NCBI GenBank assembly: GCA_965242865.1
Contig: CBDETK010000013.1
Location: forward strand, 3,648,001-3,712,000
Origin: Candidatus Latescibacterota bacterium
GTDB taxonomy: Bacteria > Latescibacterota > UBA2968 > UBA8231
Direction of reading: 5' to 3'
Length of the DNA: 64,000 nucleotides
This document shows, one piece after another, positions 50,202 through 59,597 of this stretch (positions are counted from its first letter, which is position 1; each line of letters starts with the position of its first letter). The position numbers were made by a program, and so were the translations under genes. Below the pieces are notes generated by a model, which was not told the DNA's origin, made no database searches, and saw nothing but the letters and a program-made list of their open reading frames with translations.

Positions 50202-51725
50202 GTGCAAACAGAGATTTTTATCAACCAAGGCATTCACGAATCCCGTATTGCCATCTTAGAGGAGGGGCGTCTAGCCGAAGTATGGGTCGAAAGGCCCGAA
50301 AACGAGCGGACAGTGGGGGACATATACAAAGGGGTTGTAACGGCCGTTTTACCTGGCCTACAGGCTGCATTTGTCGAGATAGGCCACGACCGCGCCGCGT
50401 TTCTCCAAGTGCGCGATATGGTGGAGGCTGATAGAGGAGATACCGAGGGGGCGCGTAACGGACACCGCTCTCGCCAGCGCGGTTATCCTTGTATTCAAAA
50501 CCTAATCAAGAAGGGCGAAGAGGTATTGGTGCAAATCACCAAAGAGCCCATAGGCACTAAAGGTGCCCGAGTGACAACTCAGTTATCGCTTCCGGGTCGT
50601 TTTATGGTGCTGGTTCCGGGAGGTAGTTGGGTTGGTGTATCGCGCAAGCTCACTAGTCGGAACGAACGCAAAAGACTGAGAGATCAGGTATTCAAGATCA
50701 AACCCGATGGCTACTCAGTAATCGTGCGGACCGAAGGACAAAACCAGAGTGAGCGCGAGTTCAAACGCGATATGAAGCAGCTAGTGAAAAACCACGAGCG
50801 TCTGATCAAGACCAGCAGAAAGGTTGGAGCACCTGCCTTAGTGTACAAGGAAATGGGCATGACCTCCAGCGTAATACGCGACCTATTCACCGACAATGTG
50901 GAACGGCTAGTCGTCGATAGCAAAGAGCTATACAAGGAGATAACGGCTTATTTGCGACAAGTTTCACCTGAATTGCGTCAAAGGGTTGAGCTTTACCGAG
51001 ACCGTCGGCCCATTTTCGATAAATTCAATATTGAGGAAGATATTGAGAAGGCGACTAACCGCACGGTGTGGTTGCGGCGAGGCGGAGCCTTGGTCATTGA
51101 CTACGCCGAGGCGGGGACCTTTATCGACGTGAACTCAGCCCGTTATCTCGGCTCGGACAATCAGGAGGAAAACAATCTTCATACTAACCTAAAGGCCGCT
51201 CGTGAGATTGCCCGCCAGCTCAAGCTCCGCGACATTGGTGGAATCATCGTCATCGACTTTATCGATATGAATGAGGAGCACAACCGTAAAAAGGTCGTTG
51301 ACTGCTTGGTCAAGGAGTTCAAAAGGGATCGGGCGAAGGTCTCTATCAGCCCGAACATCAGCGAGTTTGGCTTGGTTGAAATGACCCGTCAGCGCGTCCG
51401 TCCAAATCTTTTGCACACTCACAGTGAACCTTGTCCCATTTGCAGCGGCACGGGCCGGATTATGGGGCCAGACACGACCTTGACTTGGATTGAACGCTGG
51501 CTTCAGCGTTCGTATGCTGCCACCCGCGAAAGACGCTATGTGTTAAAGGTCCACCCCGATGTGGCCACCTATATGCTAGAAAACCGCGAGGAACGGCTCA
51601 AGTCGTTGCGTAAGGCGACCAAAGCTCGCCTCCAAATTGAGACGGATTCCGCTTTGGGGCCTCAAGACTATCTTTTCTTTTCAACCAAACGCAACCTAGA
51701 CGTGACGGCCGAGTTTCGGGTTTGA
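50202..51725 (+). CDS. rng: Ribonuclease E/G family
   Basis: GDIYKGVV...QAAFVEIG, QITKEPIGTKGA, IDVNS, DIGGIIVIDFIDM, CPICSGTG; GTG after GGAGG. Confidence 0.93.
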   Translation: MQTEIFINQGIHESRIAILEEGRLAEVWVERPENERTVGDIYKGVVTAVLPGLQAAFVEIGHDRAAFLQVRDMVEADRGDTEGARNGHRSRQRGYPCIQNLIKKGEEVLVQITKEPIGTKGARVTTQLSLPGRFMVLVPGGSWVGVSRKLTSRNERKRLRDQVFKIKPDGYSVIVRTEGQNQSEREFKRDMKQLVKNHERLIKTSRKVGAPALVYKEMGMTSSVIRDLFTDNVERLVVDSKELYKEITAYLRQVSPELRQRVELYRDRRPIFDKFNIEEDIEKATNRTVWLRRGGALVIDYAEAGTFIDVNSARYLGSDNQEENNLHTNLKAAREIARQLKLRDIGGIIVIDFIDMNEEHNRKKVVDCLVKEFKRDRAKVSISPNISEFGLVEMTRQRVRPNLLHTHSEPCPICSGTGRIMGPDTTLTWIERWLQRSYAATRERRYVLKVHPDVATYMLENREERLKSLRKATKARLQIETDSALGPQDYLFFSTKRNLDVTAEFRV

Positions 51726-51806
51726 CAGAAAAATTCCGGCCTATATCTTTAGAAGTTTCTTGGTTGATGTTGATTGCGGAGCAATCTTAGCTTAGGAGCG
51801 CAATTC

Positions 51807-52124
51807 ATGTATGCAGTTGTCAATATCGCCGGCCATCAGATCAAAGTCGACAAAGGTCAGTGTCTGCGCGTACCTCGGCTTCAGGCCGAAGAGGGCAGCA
51901 CTCAGGAATTTACCGACGTATTGCTAATTTCCGGCGATGACGAGACTAGGGTTGGCAGCCCCACGGTTGAGGGGGCCAGTGTTTCGGCGACGGTCGTCGG
52001 CCATGGCCGCGCCGACAAGATAGTCGTTTTTAAGAAGAAGCGGCGCAAGAAATACCGGCGGCGCAATGGTCATCGCCAAGATTACACTGAGATTCGGGTC
52101 GAGGACATCGTTCTTCCGAACTGA
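51807..52124 (+). CDS. rplU: 50S ribosomal protein L21
   Basis: MYAVVNIAGHQ, KIVVFKKKRRKKYRRRNGHRQ. Confidence 0.96.
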   Translation: MYAVVNIAGHQIKVDKGQCLRVPRLQAEEGSTQEFTDVLLISGDDETRVGSPTVEGASVSATVVGHGRADKIVVFKKKRRKKYRRRNGHRQDYTEIRVEDIVLPN

Positions 52125-52147
52125 ACCGTGTGCGAAAGGACTAGGTA

Positions 52148-52402
52148 ATGGCTCATAAAAAGGGCGTCGGCAGTTCTAAAAACGGGCGCGATAGCAATGC
52201 CCAGCGTCTAGGCGTTAAGTGCTTTGGGGGACAGAGGGTCAGTGCAGGCACGATTATCGTGCGGCAACGCGGTACGCGCATTCATCCGGGCGTCAATGTC
52301 AAGAAGGGCGGGGACGATACGCTCTTCGCCACAATTGACGGGCAGGTGAAATTTGAGGCTTTTGGCAAGAAAGGCAAGCGGGTGAGTGTTTACGCTGTCT
52401 AA
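52148..52402 (+). CDS. rpmA: 50S ribosomal protein L27
   Basis: [24 protein letters not shown]. Confidence 0.97.
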   Translation: MAHKKGVGSSKNGRDSNAQRLGVKCFGGQRVSAGTIIVRQRGTRIHPGVNVKKGGDDTLFATIDGQVKFEAFGKKGKRVSVYAV

Positions 52403-52447
52403 GAAGATGGTCAATAAATCATAACGCGAATAATCCATAGCATTGAG

Positions 52448-52482
52448 ACAGGCTCCGTCAGAATGATTGGGCCTGTTTTTTT
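52448..52482 (+). terminator. Intrinsic terminator after rpmA
   Basis: ACAGGCTC...GGGCCTGT followed by a T-tract. Confidence 0.7.
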
Positions 52483-52597
52483 AACTCTGTGTCTAGGTGG
52501 TTAGGGAATCCATGGCCTTGTGCATGCGTAGCCTAGAGCAGATAGATGGGCTTTAGCCGTCACGCTAGGCGGCTCCTGAATGGAGTAGATAATTCTC

Positions 52598-53755
52598 ATG
52601 AAAATTCACGAATATCAAGCCAAAAAAATTCTGCGCCAGTACCAAGTCGCCGTACCTAGTGGCTCCGTGGCCACGACAGCCGACCAAGCCGAACGCATGG
52701 CCGCCGAATTGGGTGGAAAGGTCGTAATTAAGGCCCAGATTCACGCTGGAGGCCGAGGCAAGGGCGGAGGGGTTAAATTAGCGACTAATCCCGAAGAAGT
52801 GCGCCAAGCGGCCAGCGAGATTCTCGGCATGCAGCTCGTTACTCACCAGACTGGTCCAGAAGGCCAAAAGGTCAAGCAAGTCCTAGTGGAGAAGGCCTCG
52901 AATATAGAACGCGAGTTTTACTTGGGCATCACCCTCGACCGGGCACAGAGTAAGCTGGTGGTTATGGCCAGCCAAGAGGGCGGAGTTGAGATTGAGGAGG
53001 TCGCCGCTGCGACCCCAGAAAAAATTCTCAAGGAAACGGTCGATCCTAGAGTGGGGCTACAGGCATTCCAAGCAACACGCCTAGCATTTGGGCTTGGCTT
53101 TGAAGGCAAGCAGGTTCGCCAAGCAACCCGTTTTATCCTTAGCCTCTACAGGGCCTATGTCGATGCCGACTGCTCGCTGGTCGAGATCAATCCCTTGGTG
53201 GTGACCGCCGACGGGCAGCTCTTGGCACTGGATGCCAAAATAGACATAGACGACAACGCGCTCTTCCGCCACCCCGACTTAGCGAAAATGCACGATGTGG
53301 ATGAAGAGGAGGAGTTGGAGGTCGAAGCAGCCAAATACGGTCTGAACTACATCAAGCTCGACGGCAATATCGGTTGTATGGTCAACGGTGCCGGATTAGC
53401 GATGGCCACTATGGACATCATCAAGCTCTCTGGTGCTGAGCCAGCCAATTTTCTGGATGTAGGCGGAGGGGCCAGTGCTGAGACCGTGGAAAATGGCTTC
53501 CGCATTTTGCTTTCCGACCCGAATGTAAAGGCCATACTCATCAATATCTTCGGAGGCATTGTGCGCTGTGACCGCGTGGCCGCAGGCGTGATTGAGGCGC
53601 GCAAAAATATTGAAGTCAATGTGCCTATCGTCGTGCGACTGGCCGGGACCAACGCGGATGTGGCTGCCGAGATGCTGGAAAACTCCGACATGGACTTTGC
53701 CGTTGGGCACGGGCTAAAAGACGCGGCGGCGATGGTTAAGGCGACTATTCCATAA
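52598..53755 (+). CDS. sucC: Succinyl-CoA synthetase beta subunit
   Basis: [45 protein letters not shown]. Confidence 0.97.
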   Translation: MKIHEYQAKKILRQYQVAVPSGSVATTADQAERMAAELGGKVVIKAQIHAGGRGKGGGVKLATNPEEVRQAASEILGMQLVTHQTGPEGQKVKQVLVEKASNIEREFYLGITLDRAQSKLVVMASQEGGVEIEEVAAATPEKILKETVDPRVGLQAFQATRLAFGLGFEGKQVRQATRFILSLYRAYVDADCSLVEINPLVVTADGQLLALDAKIDIDDNALFRHPDLAKMHDVDEEEELEVEAAKYGLNYIKLDGNIGCMVNGAGLAMATMDIIKLSGAEPANFLDVGGGASAETVENGFRILLSDPNVKAILINIFGGIVRCDRVAAGVIEARKNIEVNVPIVVRLAGTNADVAAEMLENSDMDFAVGHGLKDAAAMVKATIP

Positions 53756-53774
53756 GAGTAAGAGGAGTACAAGG

Positions 53775-54644
53775 ATGAGTGTTTTAATTGACGAAAACAC
53801 CAAGGTTTTTGTACAGGCAATTACTGGGTCGGAGGGATCTTTTCACACTCGGCAAATGCTGGAGTACGGCACAAAGGTGGTAGGAGGAGCGACACCTGGC
53901 AAAGGCGGCCAAGAATTTGAAGGCATTCCGGTGTTTAATACGGTCGCCGAAGGCGTTGATGCCTCTGGTGCCAATGCTTCAATCATCTTTGTGCCAGCTC
54001 CCTTTGCCGCCGATGCCATCATGGAAGCGGCCGATGCCGGTCTAGAGTTGATCATCTGTATCAGCGAAAATATTCCCGTGAGCGACATGGTTAAAGCCTA
54101 CCATTATGTACAGGCGCACTCTACCCGGCTGATCGGGCCTAATTGCCCTGGCGTCATCTCGCCGGGGAAGTGTAAAGTCGGCATTATGCCCGCCTTTATT
54201 CACCAGCTAGGTCGCGTGGGTATTATCTCGCGCAGTGGAACGCTGACCTATGAAGCCGTGGGGCAACTTACTGAGCGGGGCTTAGGCCAGTCCACTGCTA
54301 TCGGCATTGGCGGCGACCCAATTATCGGGACGCGCTTTGTAGATGCGCTGGCACTTTTTAAGGACGACCCTGAAACCGATGCGGTCGTGATGATCGGCGA
54401 GATCGGCGGCACCGCTGAAGAAGAGGCGGCCGCCTACATCAAAGAGTGCTACGACAAGCCTGTTATTGGCTTTATCGCGGGGCGCACGGCACCTCCGGGA
54501 CGGCGGATGGGACATGCAGGAGCCATTATTTCAGGGGGTAAGGGAACAGCCGAGGACAAGATGGCGGCGATGCGGGAAGCGGGAATTCACATCTGTGAGA
54601 GTCCTGCGGAAATTGGGGAAACGGTAGAGAAGGTGCTGAGTTGA
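53775..54644 (+). CDS. sucD: Succinyl-CoA synthetase alpha subunit
   Basis: [23 protein letters not shown]. Confidence 0.97.
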   Translation: MSVLIDENTKVFVQAITGSEGSFHTRQMLEYGTKVVGGATPGKGGQEFEGIPVFNTVAEGVDASGANASIIFVPAPFAADAIMEAADAGLELIICISENIPVSDMVKAYHYVQAHSTRLIGPNCPGVISPGKCKVGIMPAFIHQLGRVGIISRSGTLTYEAVGQLTERGLGQSTAIGIGGDPIIGTRFVDALALFKDDPETDAVVMIGEIGGTAEEEAAAYIKECYDKPVIGFIAGRTAPPGRRMGHAGAIISGGKGTAEDKMAAMREAGIHICESPAEIGETVEKVLS

Positions 54645-54693
54645 GTGGGAATGTTTTTCTGCCACCGGAATTGTCAGCAACAGGTGGGCCAAA

Positions 54694-55644
54694 CTACACA
54701 TCAAGCTGTCTTTGAATGGGCATCGCCTGTAGATAACCCCGAGTGCGGCTGGACCAGAACAGATAACTAAAGACCAAATCCGGGACGTAGGTTTTCATCA
54801 GCCAGCGGGTCAACCAGCGGATTGGGTAGTGAATCGGCGGCGACAGGGCTAGCTGAAGTGCGATCCGCCGAGGAGAAAATCCAGAGGCCCTGATGAAGTC
54901 CAGCCAGAGTACGGCGTCAAGTTCAGGGTGCTTGCGTAAAAGGACGGGGATTGACTTGCTGCCGTAAGTTTGCATTAAGCGGCAGAGTGGCTCCAATGAA
55001 CGCAAGTGATAGTGGTAGGACAGGGCTTCAGGAGCATAGTAAAGCGGAATACCCGCTAAATGGAGGCGATACCCCAATTCTAGATCTTCGCCGCCATAAG
55101 CAGTGAGATCCTCGTCAAAAAAACCCACGCGGAGCAGGGATGACCGGCGAACCGAGGAGTTGCCGGTGACGAAGCACTTGAAAGGTATGGGCTTTTCCGC
55201 GTCAATTCTGTGAACCCCCCTCCTTTCGAGATAGCGGGTTAGGGATGTAGGGGGAATTTCAGGGGCAAAGCGGATGTTGCCGATAAAAACGGCTTCCGCG
55301 TGGGTTTGATGCCGTTGGGCATGGGCACGGAGGAAATTTATGCCGACGGTCATATCGCTGTCGAGAAAGATGACCAGATCACCGCTGGCGACTTGAAGTG
55401 CTGCGTTGCGTGCCCGAGCTCGTCCCTGATTCTGTTTGTTGCGAATCAACCGCAACCGTAAAGGCGCGACTGCCGCATATAAGCGCTCGGCGTCCAAGTG
55501 AGGAGAGGCGTCGTCCACCACGATGACTTGAATCGCCTCATGGGGATAATTTTGCTGCGACAGGCTTTTAAGTGCTGCTTCGAGGCACTTAGGTTCGCCA
55601 TAGGTAGGCATTACGATACTGAGCGTCAGCGGGGGGGCACTCAT
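54694..55644 (-). CDS. Glycosyltransferase family 2
   Basis: SIVMPTY, VVDDAS, ARN, FLDSD, GGEDLELGYRL. Confidence 0.9.
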   Translation of the reverse strand: MSAPPLTLSIVMPTYGEPKCLEAALKSLSQQNYPHEAIQVIVVDDASPHLDAERLYAAVAPLRLRLIRNKQNQGRARARNAALQVASGDLVIFLDSDMTVGINFLRAHAQRHQTHAEAVFIGNIRFAPEIPPTSLTRYLERRGVHRIDAEKPIPFKCFVTGNSSVRRSSLLRVGFFDEDLTAYGGEDLELGYRLHLAGIPLYYAPEALSYHYHLRSLEPLCRLMQTYGSKSIPVLLRKHPELDAVLWLDFIRASGFSPRRIALQLALSPPIHYPIRWLTRWLMKTYVPDLVFSYLFWSSRTRGYLQAMPIQRQLDV

Positions 55645-56756
55645 GCTAGGGTTGCATAAAGCTGAGTGAGTTGAGCAGTTTCTCGTTCCCAGTTATAGTG
55701 CTGTGCCGCCTGCAAACTCGCCTTAGCACACGCCTCCCGCTGCTCTGCATTGTCCAAAAAAGTGGCGATTTGCTCCCGGATGGCAACGATATCGGTTGGG
55801 TCGACTGTAGATCCGGTATGCGTTTCGCAGACGATACGCTGCATTTCGGGAAAATTGCTAGCTAGGACCGGTAGCCCGGCCATCATATATTCAAAGAGCT
55901 TGTTGGGCAGAGAGTAGTAAAAGCTCTTGCCCGTGCCTTTGATAAGACACAGGCCCAAGTCGGCCGAGCAAGTATAGTTGTGAAGTTGGTGAAAGGGCAC
56001 CCGGGGAATAAAATAGACTTGGTCGTCTAGTCTCCCAGCGCGGACTTGGTTTCGCAGGGCCTGTTCGCTAGGTCCATCCCCAATTAAAACTAGGGCCGCG
56101 GCAAGCCCAGCGGCGGCCTTGATTTGCTCACGTAAGCCATTTTCGGTGAGGAATCCTCCTTGGTAGAGAACAATAGGGCGATCATCGGGCAGGTCCAGCG
56201 TTTCGCGTATCAGGTTGCTTTGGACCTTATGGCGGAATAGCGGCAAATTATGCAGCACAACGACCTCGTCAAGGCCGTAACGGTCCTTGAGTGATTGGGC
56301 GATAGACCCGCTGACGGTTATGACTCGATCTACCCGTCTTATCAGCCGCTGCTCCAGCAAACGCCAGCAGGACCGCATCAGCGGCCGGCTGACCAGTGAG
56401 GATTGTTCGGTCCAAAATTCGTGTGAGTCATAAACGATGGGCCGATCTAGTCGCCGTGCAGCCCGTACTGCTGGCCAAAGCGAGTCTAGGTCGTGGGCGT
56501 GGTAGGCATCCGGCTGGATCTCAACCAGTAGTGAATAAGCTCGTTGCCAAAACAAAGGATAGAGACGGCGCAATGAGAGGCTGCGGTCTAGCGGAATCGG
56601 ATAGACTTCAAAATCGTCCCATCCCTTGAGGGGAGCTGAGTTGAACGAGGAGGCGACAATGACGACTTGGTACCCAGCATGGCGTAGCGAAGTGGCCTCT
56701 CGGTAGATGCGGTAGTCGAAATTCAGGTCGGTAAAGGCGACCATACAGATACGCAT
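55641..56756 (-). CDS. Glycosyltransferase family 4
   Basis: HAHDL, YDSHE, YQGG, PNKLFEYMMAGLPV, YNWE; start at MRICMV. Confidence 0.9.
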   Translation of the reverse strand: MRICMVAFTDLNFDYRIYREATSLRHAGYQVVIVASSFNSAPLKGWDDFEVYPIPLDRSLSLRRLYPLFWQRAYSLLVEIQPDAYHAHDLDSLWPAVRAARRLDRPIVYDSHEFWTEQSSLVSRPLMRSCWRLLEQRLIRRVDRVITVSGSIAQSLKDRYGLDEVVVLHNLPLFRHKVQSNLIRETLDLPDDRPIVLYQGGFLTENGLREQIKAAAGLAAALVLIGDGPSEQALRNQVRAGRLDDQVYFIPRVPFHQLHNYTCSADLGLCLIKGTGKSFYYSLPNKLFEYMMAGLPVLASNFPEMQRIVCETHTGSTVDPTDIVAIREQIATFLDNAEQREACAKASLQAAQHYNWERETAQLTQLYATLA

Positions 56757-56784
56757 GATGTACAAAGGATTAGGCATAAAGGCC

Positions 56785-56819
56785 AAAAATAAAAGCAGCC
56801 CTTCTAAAGTGGGCTGCTT
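56785..56819 (-). terminator. Intrinsic terminator downstream of the candidate ncRNA
   Basis: AAGCAGCCC-N9-GGGCTGCTT followed by TTATTTTT on the minus strand. Confidence 0.8.
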
Positions 56820-56828
56820 CTTAAAAAA

Positions 56829-56992
56829 AGAGTGTGGCGGCCAGATGGTGTGATCTTGAAACGCAAGTGAGATCCTCAAACGAGGCGGTGTGGGGAGGTA
56901 GTTTTGAAGATCTCAATGACCCGAAAAGGGAAATCCGAGCTTCGCGGATCAGGATTTTGGCCACGCTATGCGGACCGCCACACTCTATGTTG
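56829..56992 (-). ncRNA. Candidate structured ncRNA (unknown family)
   Basis: 12-bp closing stem 56829-56840/56975-56986; 13-bp internal stem with a G-U pair only on the minus strand; two small hairpins; flanking promoter and terminator; no credible ORF. Confidence 0.65.
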
Positions 56993-56998
56993 GAAATA

Positions 56999-57093
56999 AA
57001 AATACACACGCTAGATTGTGTTGTCAAGTGGAAAAACGGATGCTAAGAAAATGATAATGGAGTCTTGCACACTTACAAGTGTGTGCATATCTT
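56999..57093. promoter_or_regulatory. Back-to-back sigma70 promoters, each with an operator-like CACAC-N6-KTGTG site
   Basis: Minus: TTGACA(57027-57022)-N17-TATTTT. Plus: TTGCAC(57065-57070)-N17-TATCTT. Sites CACACGCTAGATTGTG 57005-57020 and CACACTTACAAGTGTG 57068-57083. Confidence 0.65.
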
Positions 57094-57133
57094 AGTAGAG
57101 GAAATGGTTGAAAATAGTTCAGAAGGATCGCAA

Positions 57134-57667
57134 ATGCAGTTTGCTGAAATGATCAAGGAGGCTCGGCTACAAGCCCACCTAAGCCAGCAGAAATTGGCCG
57201 AACAACTCGTGACGGCGCGAAGGCCCAAGGGCGTATGGGCAACCTATATAGGACAAATTGAGAAGGGGGAGAAGGTTCCTTCCGACGAAATATGTATCAA
57301 GTTGGCCGAGGTATTGGGACTCGACTCCGACAAAGTATTGATTGCGGCTTATGAGGCCAAGGCGAGCTCGGAGGAAGGGCGTGCGATCTATGGTAAGATG
57401 ATGCGCTTGCTGTCGGACCCAGTAGTCAACAAGCTCTTGTCTAACAAAGAGCCTTTGGACCCAGCTCTCTTGAAATTGCTCTCTAATCCAGAAATCGTGG
57501 CACTGCTTGGGGATCAACCGTGGATAGAGGCAGTTGCCCGAGTACATGCGAACCAGAAGGAACGCGATGTATTGTCCCTGCTCGCTTTAGCAGAGGCGAT
57601 GGACGATAAACAGTGGAATATGATAATGGGCCTTATAGAGACTTGGGGCTTAGGGCTACCTAGTTGA
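57134..57667 (+). CDS. XRE-family HTH transcriptional regulator with helical C-terminal extension
   Basis: FAEMIKEARLQAHLSQQKLAE...YIGQIEKGEKVPS....KLAEVLGLD; AGAAGGA RBS. Confidence 0.8.
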   Translation: MQFAEMIKEARLQAHLSQQKLAEQLVTARRPKGVWATYIGQIEKGEKVPSDEICIKLAEVLGLDSDKVLIAAYEAKASSEEGRAIYGKMMRLLSDPVVNKLLSNKEPLDPALLKLLSNPEIVALLGDQPWIEAVARVHANQKERDVLSLLALAEAMDDKQWNMIMGLIETWGLGLPS

Positions 57668-57716
57668 GGAGGCCGATTCGCTTAGCGGGGGGAATCACAG
57701 CAAAAGTGGGAGGGAG

Positions 57717-58166
57717 TTAGAAGTCGGGTAGTTGGTACTCGCCGCGCTCAATGGCTTGCTCTAACTCTTGGTGGAAGGTGCTGTCTAAGTGGGAAGTAAT
57801 TTTCCAACCACTAGAATCGCGAAGAAAATAAAAGAATGGAGACGTGCGCTCATCGCCTATCGTCGAGGAATCGAAGAGTAAGTAACCGATGCGCTCGTTG
57901 ATGATGCGCTCTTCGGCGATTTCTCGACGCAGGTGAGTTTTTATCTCGGCTGGCGTCTTTTGCTGCCATAGCTTTACAAAGCTCTGACGATCTTCTCCCT
58001 CCATTTGCGAAGAATTGAAACATTCCCAAAGCAAGTCAAAGTCGCGGTTTTCTAGCGCGTATTTGTAGGTCTGGAAGGTCTGGGCCGGGTGAGAGAAGCG
58101 TTGGTCTATGTCTTCGCTATTGCAGCCGTGAAGGAGGGCGAGGTAAAGAAATAGTTGTAAGGCCAT
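57717..58166 (-). CDS. Hypothetical lipoprotein (NTF2-like fold possible)
   Basis: Lipobox-like LHGC; PAQTFQTY..AL...DF...WEC and GWKI near the C-terminus. Confidence 0.6.
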   Translation of the reverse strand: MALQLFLYLALLHGCNSEDIDQRFSHPAQTFQTYKYALENRDFDLLWECFNSSQMEGEDRQSFVKLWQQKTPAEIKTHLRREIAEERIINERIGYLLFDSSTIGDERTSPFFYFLRDSSGWKITSHLDSTFHQELEQAIERGEYQLPDF

Positions 58167-58225
58167 AGTGTGCAGCGCACGGGTCAGTATCTTGAGCAAC
58201 GTCAACTACTTGGCAGGAGTTAAGC

Positions 58226-58921
58226 CTACGGCCCCTCAGATTGGGCTTCAGCACTTGCTTTATTAACGAGCAATTCGATTGCGTCCCGTAGCCGAGCGGC
58301 CTCTTCGTATTCTTCGCAGATAATGGCCTGTTGTAGCTGGTGCTGAAGCAGACTGAGTTCGTCCTTCTCTTCTTTGAGGGGCTGTTGAGTTTCGGCTTCT
58401 TCAGCGTTCCGCTTCAAGGGGCGGATATTGAGCGATTTGGAAATCTGCGCTTCAAAATCATAGAAACGGTTCAGGGTGTGTTCAACGTCCAAGTCGGTCT
58501 CCAAAGGCTCCAAGCCCAGCTCGTCCAGCAACCTATGAGAAACGTAGATAGGCGCGTCAGTACGCAAGGCCAAAGCAATCGCGTCGCTGGGACGTGCGTC
58601 GAGGTCTTTTATTGTGTGATCCTTCTCAATGACGACCCTCGCGTAGTAAATTGAGTGGCGCACGTTGTGAATGACAACTTGGCGGACACTCACCGCAAGG
58701 TAGTCGACCATAGAAGAGAGCAAGTCGTAAGAAATCGGACGTATGGGCCCATCGTCTTCTAGCCGCATCCGAATGGCCGCGGCCTCAAACTCGCCAATGG
58801 GAATGGGCAAGAGCCGCGGCAGTTGACCTTCCTTCTCGCTCAACCAGACCAAGGGCTTGTCATCTCGCAAGTAGGGACTAACCTTGACCACGGTCATCTC
58901 GACTAAAGAGGTATTACTCAT
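58226..58921 (-). CDS. Bifunctional nuclease (DUF151) with C-terminal UVR motif
   Basis: LLPIPIGEFEAAAI, RPISYDL, DARPSDAIALALR..APIYV, AIICEEYEEAARLRD. Confidence 0.9.
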   Translation of the reverse strand: MSNTSLVEMTVVKVSPYLRDDKPLVWLSEKEGQLPRLLPIPIGEFEAAAIRMRLEDDGPIRPISYDLLSSMVDYLAVSVRQVVIHNVRHSIYYARVVIEKDHTIKDLDARPSDAIALALRTDAPIYVSHRLLDELGLEPLETDLDVEHTLNRFYDFEAQISKSLNIRPLKRNAEEAETQQPLKEEKDELSLLQHQLQQAIICEEYEEAARLRDAIELLVNKASAEAQSEGP

Positions 58922-59526
58922 TAATCATCCCTGTCGAGGCGGCTGATCTCGTCGCGCAGCCGCGCCGCCTCCTCGTAGATCTCTTCGGCAACAGCTTGGT
59001 CCATGCGTCTTTTGAGTCGTTCTAATTGGCTGATGGCTGGGGGGGCGATGACGGGCGGTGCGGCCACGGGTCTGGCGAGGGCTTCAACTTTAGTTGGAAC
59101 CCATTGGTCATCGTCGGAGCGGACGCAGCCCACCTCTTTGAGGATTTCGACCGCGGCGTAGATCGGTGCGCGAAAGCGCAAGGCCAAGGCAATTGCATCG
59201 CTGGGACGTGCGTCGATCGTGTGAGTCTTGCCCTCGTCGTCGACGAGGTGAACCTCAGCGTAGTACGTTCCCTCATGTGAGTTAAAGTAAGTGATTTCGA
59301 CCCGGGCTACCCGAGCATGGACATTGGCGAGAATCTGATGGGCTAGGTCGTAGCTGATGGGGCGCACTGATTGCCGCTTGCTGTGGGCTATAGAAATGGC
59401 GGCCGCCTCAAAGCGGCCAATGACAATGTGCAGATAATAATTGCCCTCAACTTCTTTGAGTACTACTTCAGGGTATAAAGACTGAGATTTGCTGCTTAAA
59501 ACCTCCTTGACTTCCATCAGAACCAT
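58921..59526 (-). CDS. Second bifunctional nuclease (DUF151) with C-terminal UVR motif
   Basis: IVIGRFEAAAI, RPISYDL, IDARPSDAIALALR..APIY, AVAEEIYEEAARLRDEI. Confidence 0.9.
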   Translation of the reverse strand: MVLMEVKEVLSSKSQSLYPEVVLKEVEGNYYLHIVIGRFEAAAISIAHSKRQSVRPISYDLAHQILANVHARVARVEITYFNSHEGTYYAEVHLVDDEGKTHTIDARPSDAIALALRFRAPIYAAVEILKEVGCVRSDDDQWVPTKVEALARPVAAPPVIAPPAISQLERLKRRMDQAVAEEIYEEAARLRDEISRLDRDD

Positions 59527-59597
59527 AGCGGTGCATCGCGGTTTAGTGGGCTGCTGTCGTTTAACGTGTGAAATATAATACGGCCTCAAAGTAAGTG

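Noticed and set aside
56757-57046. GT4 N-terminal extension and the small ORFs 56821-57027 and 56834-57046
   Set aside because: They cross a terminator, promoter and stems, lack RBS and protein-like features; a small peptide cannot be fully excluded.
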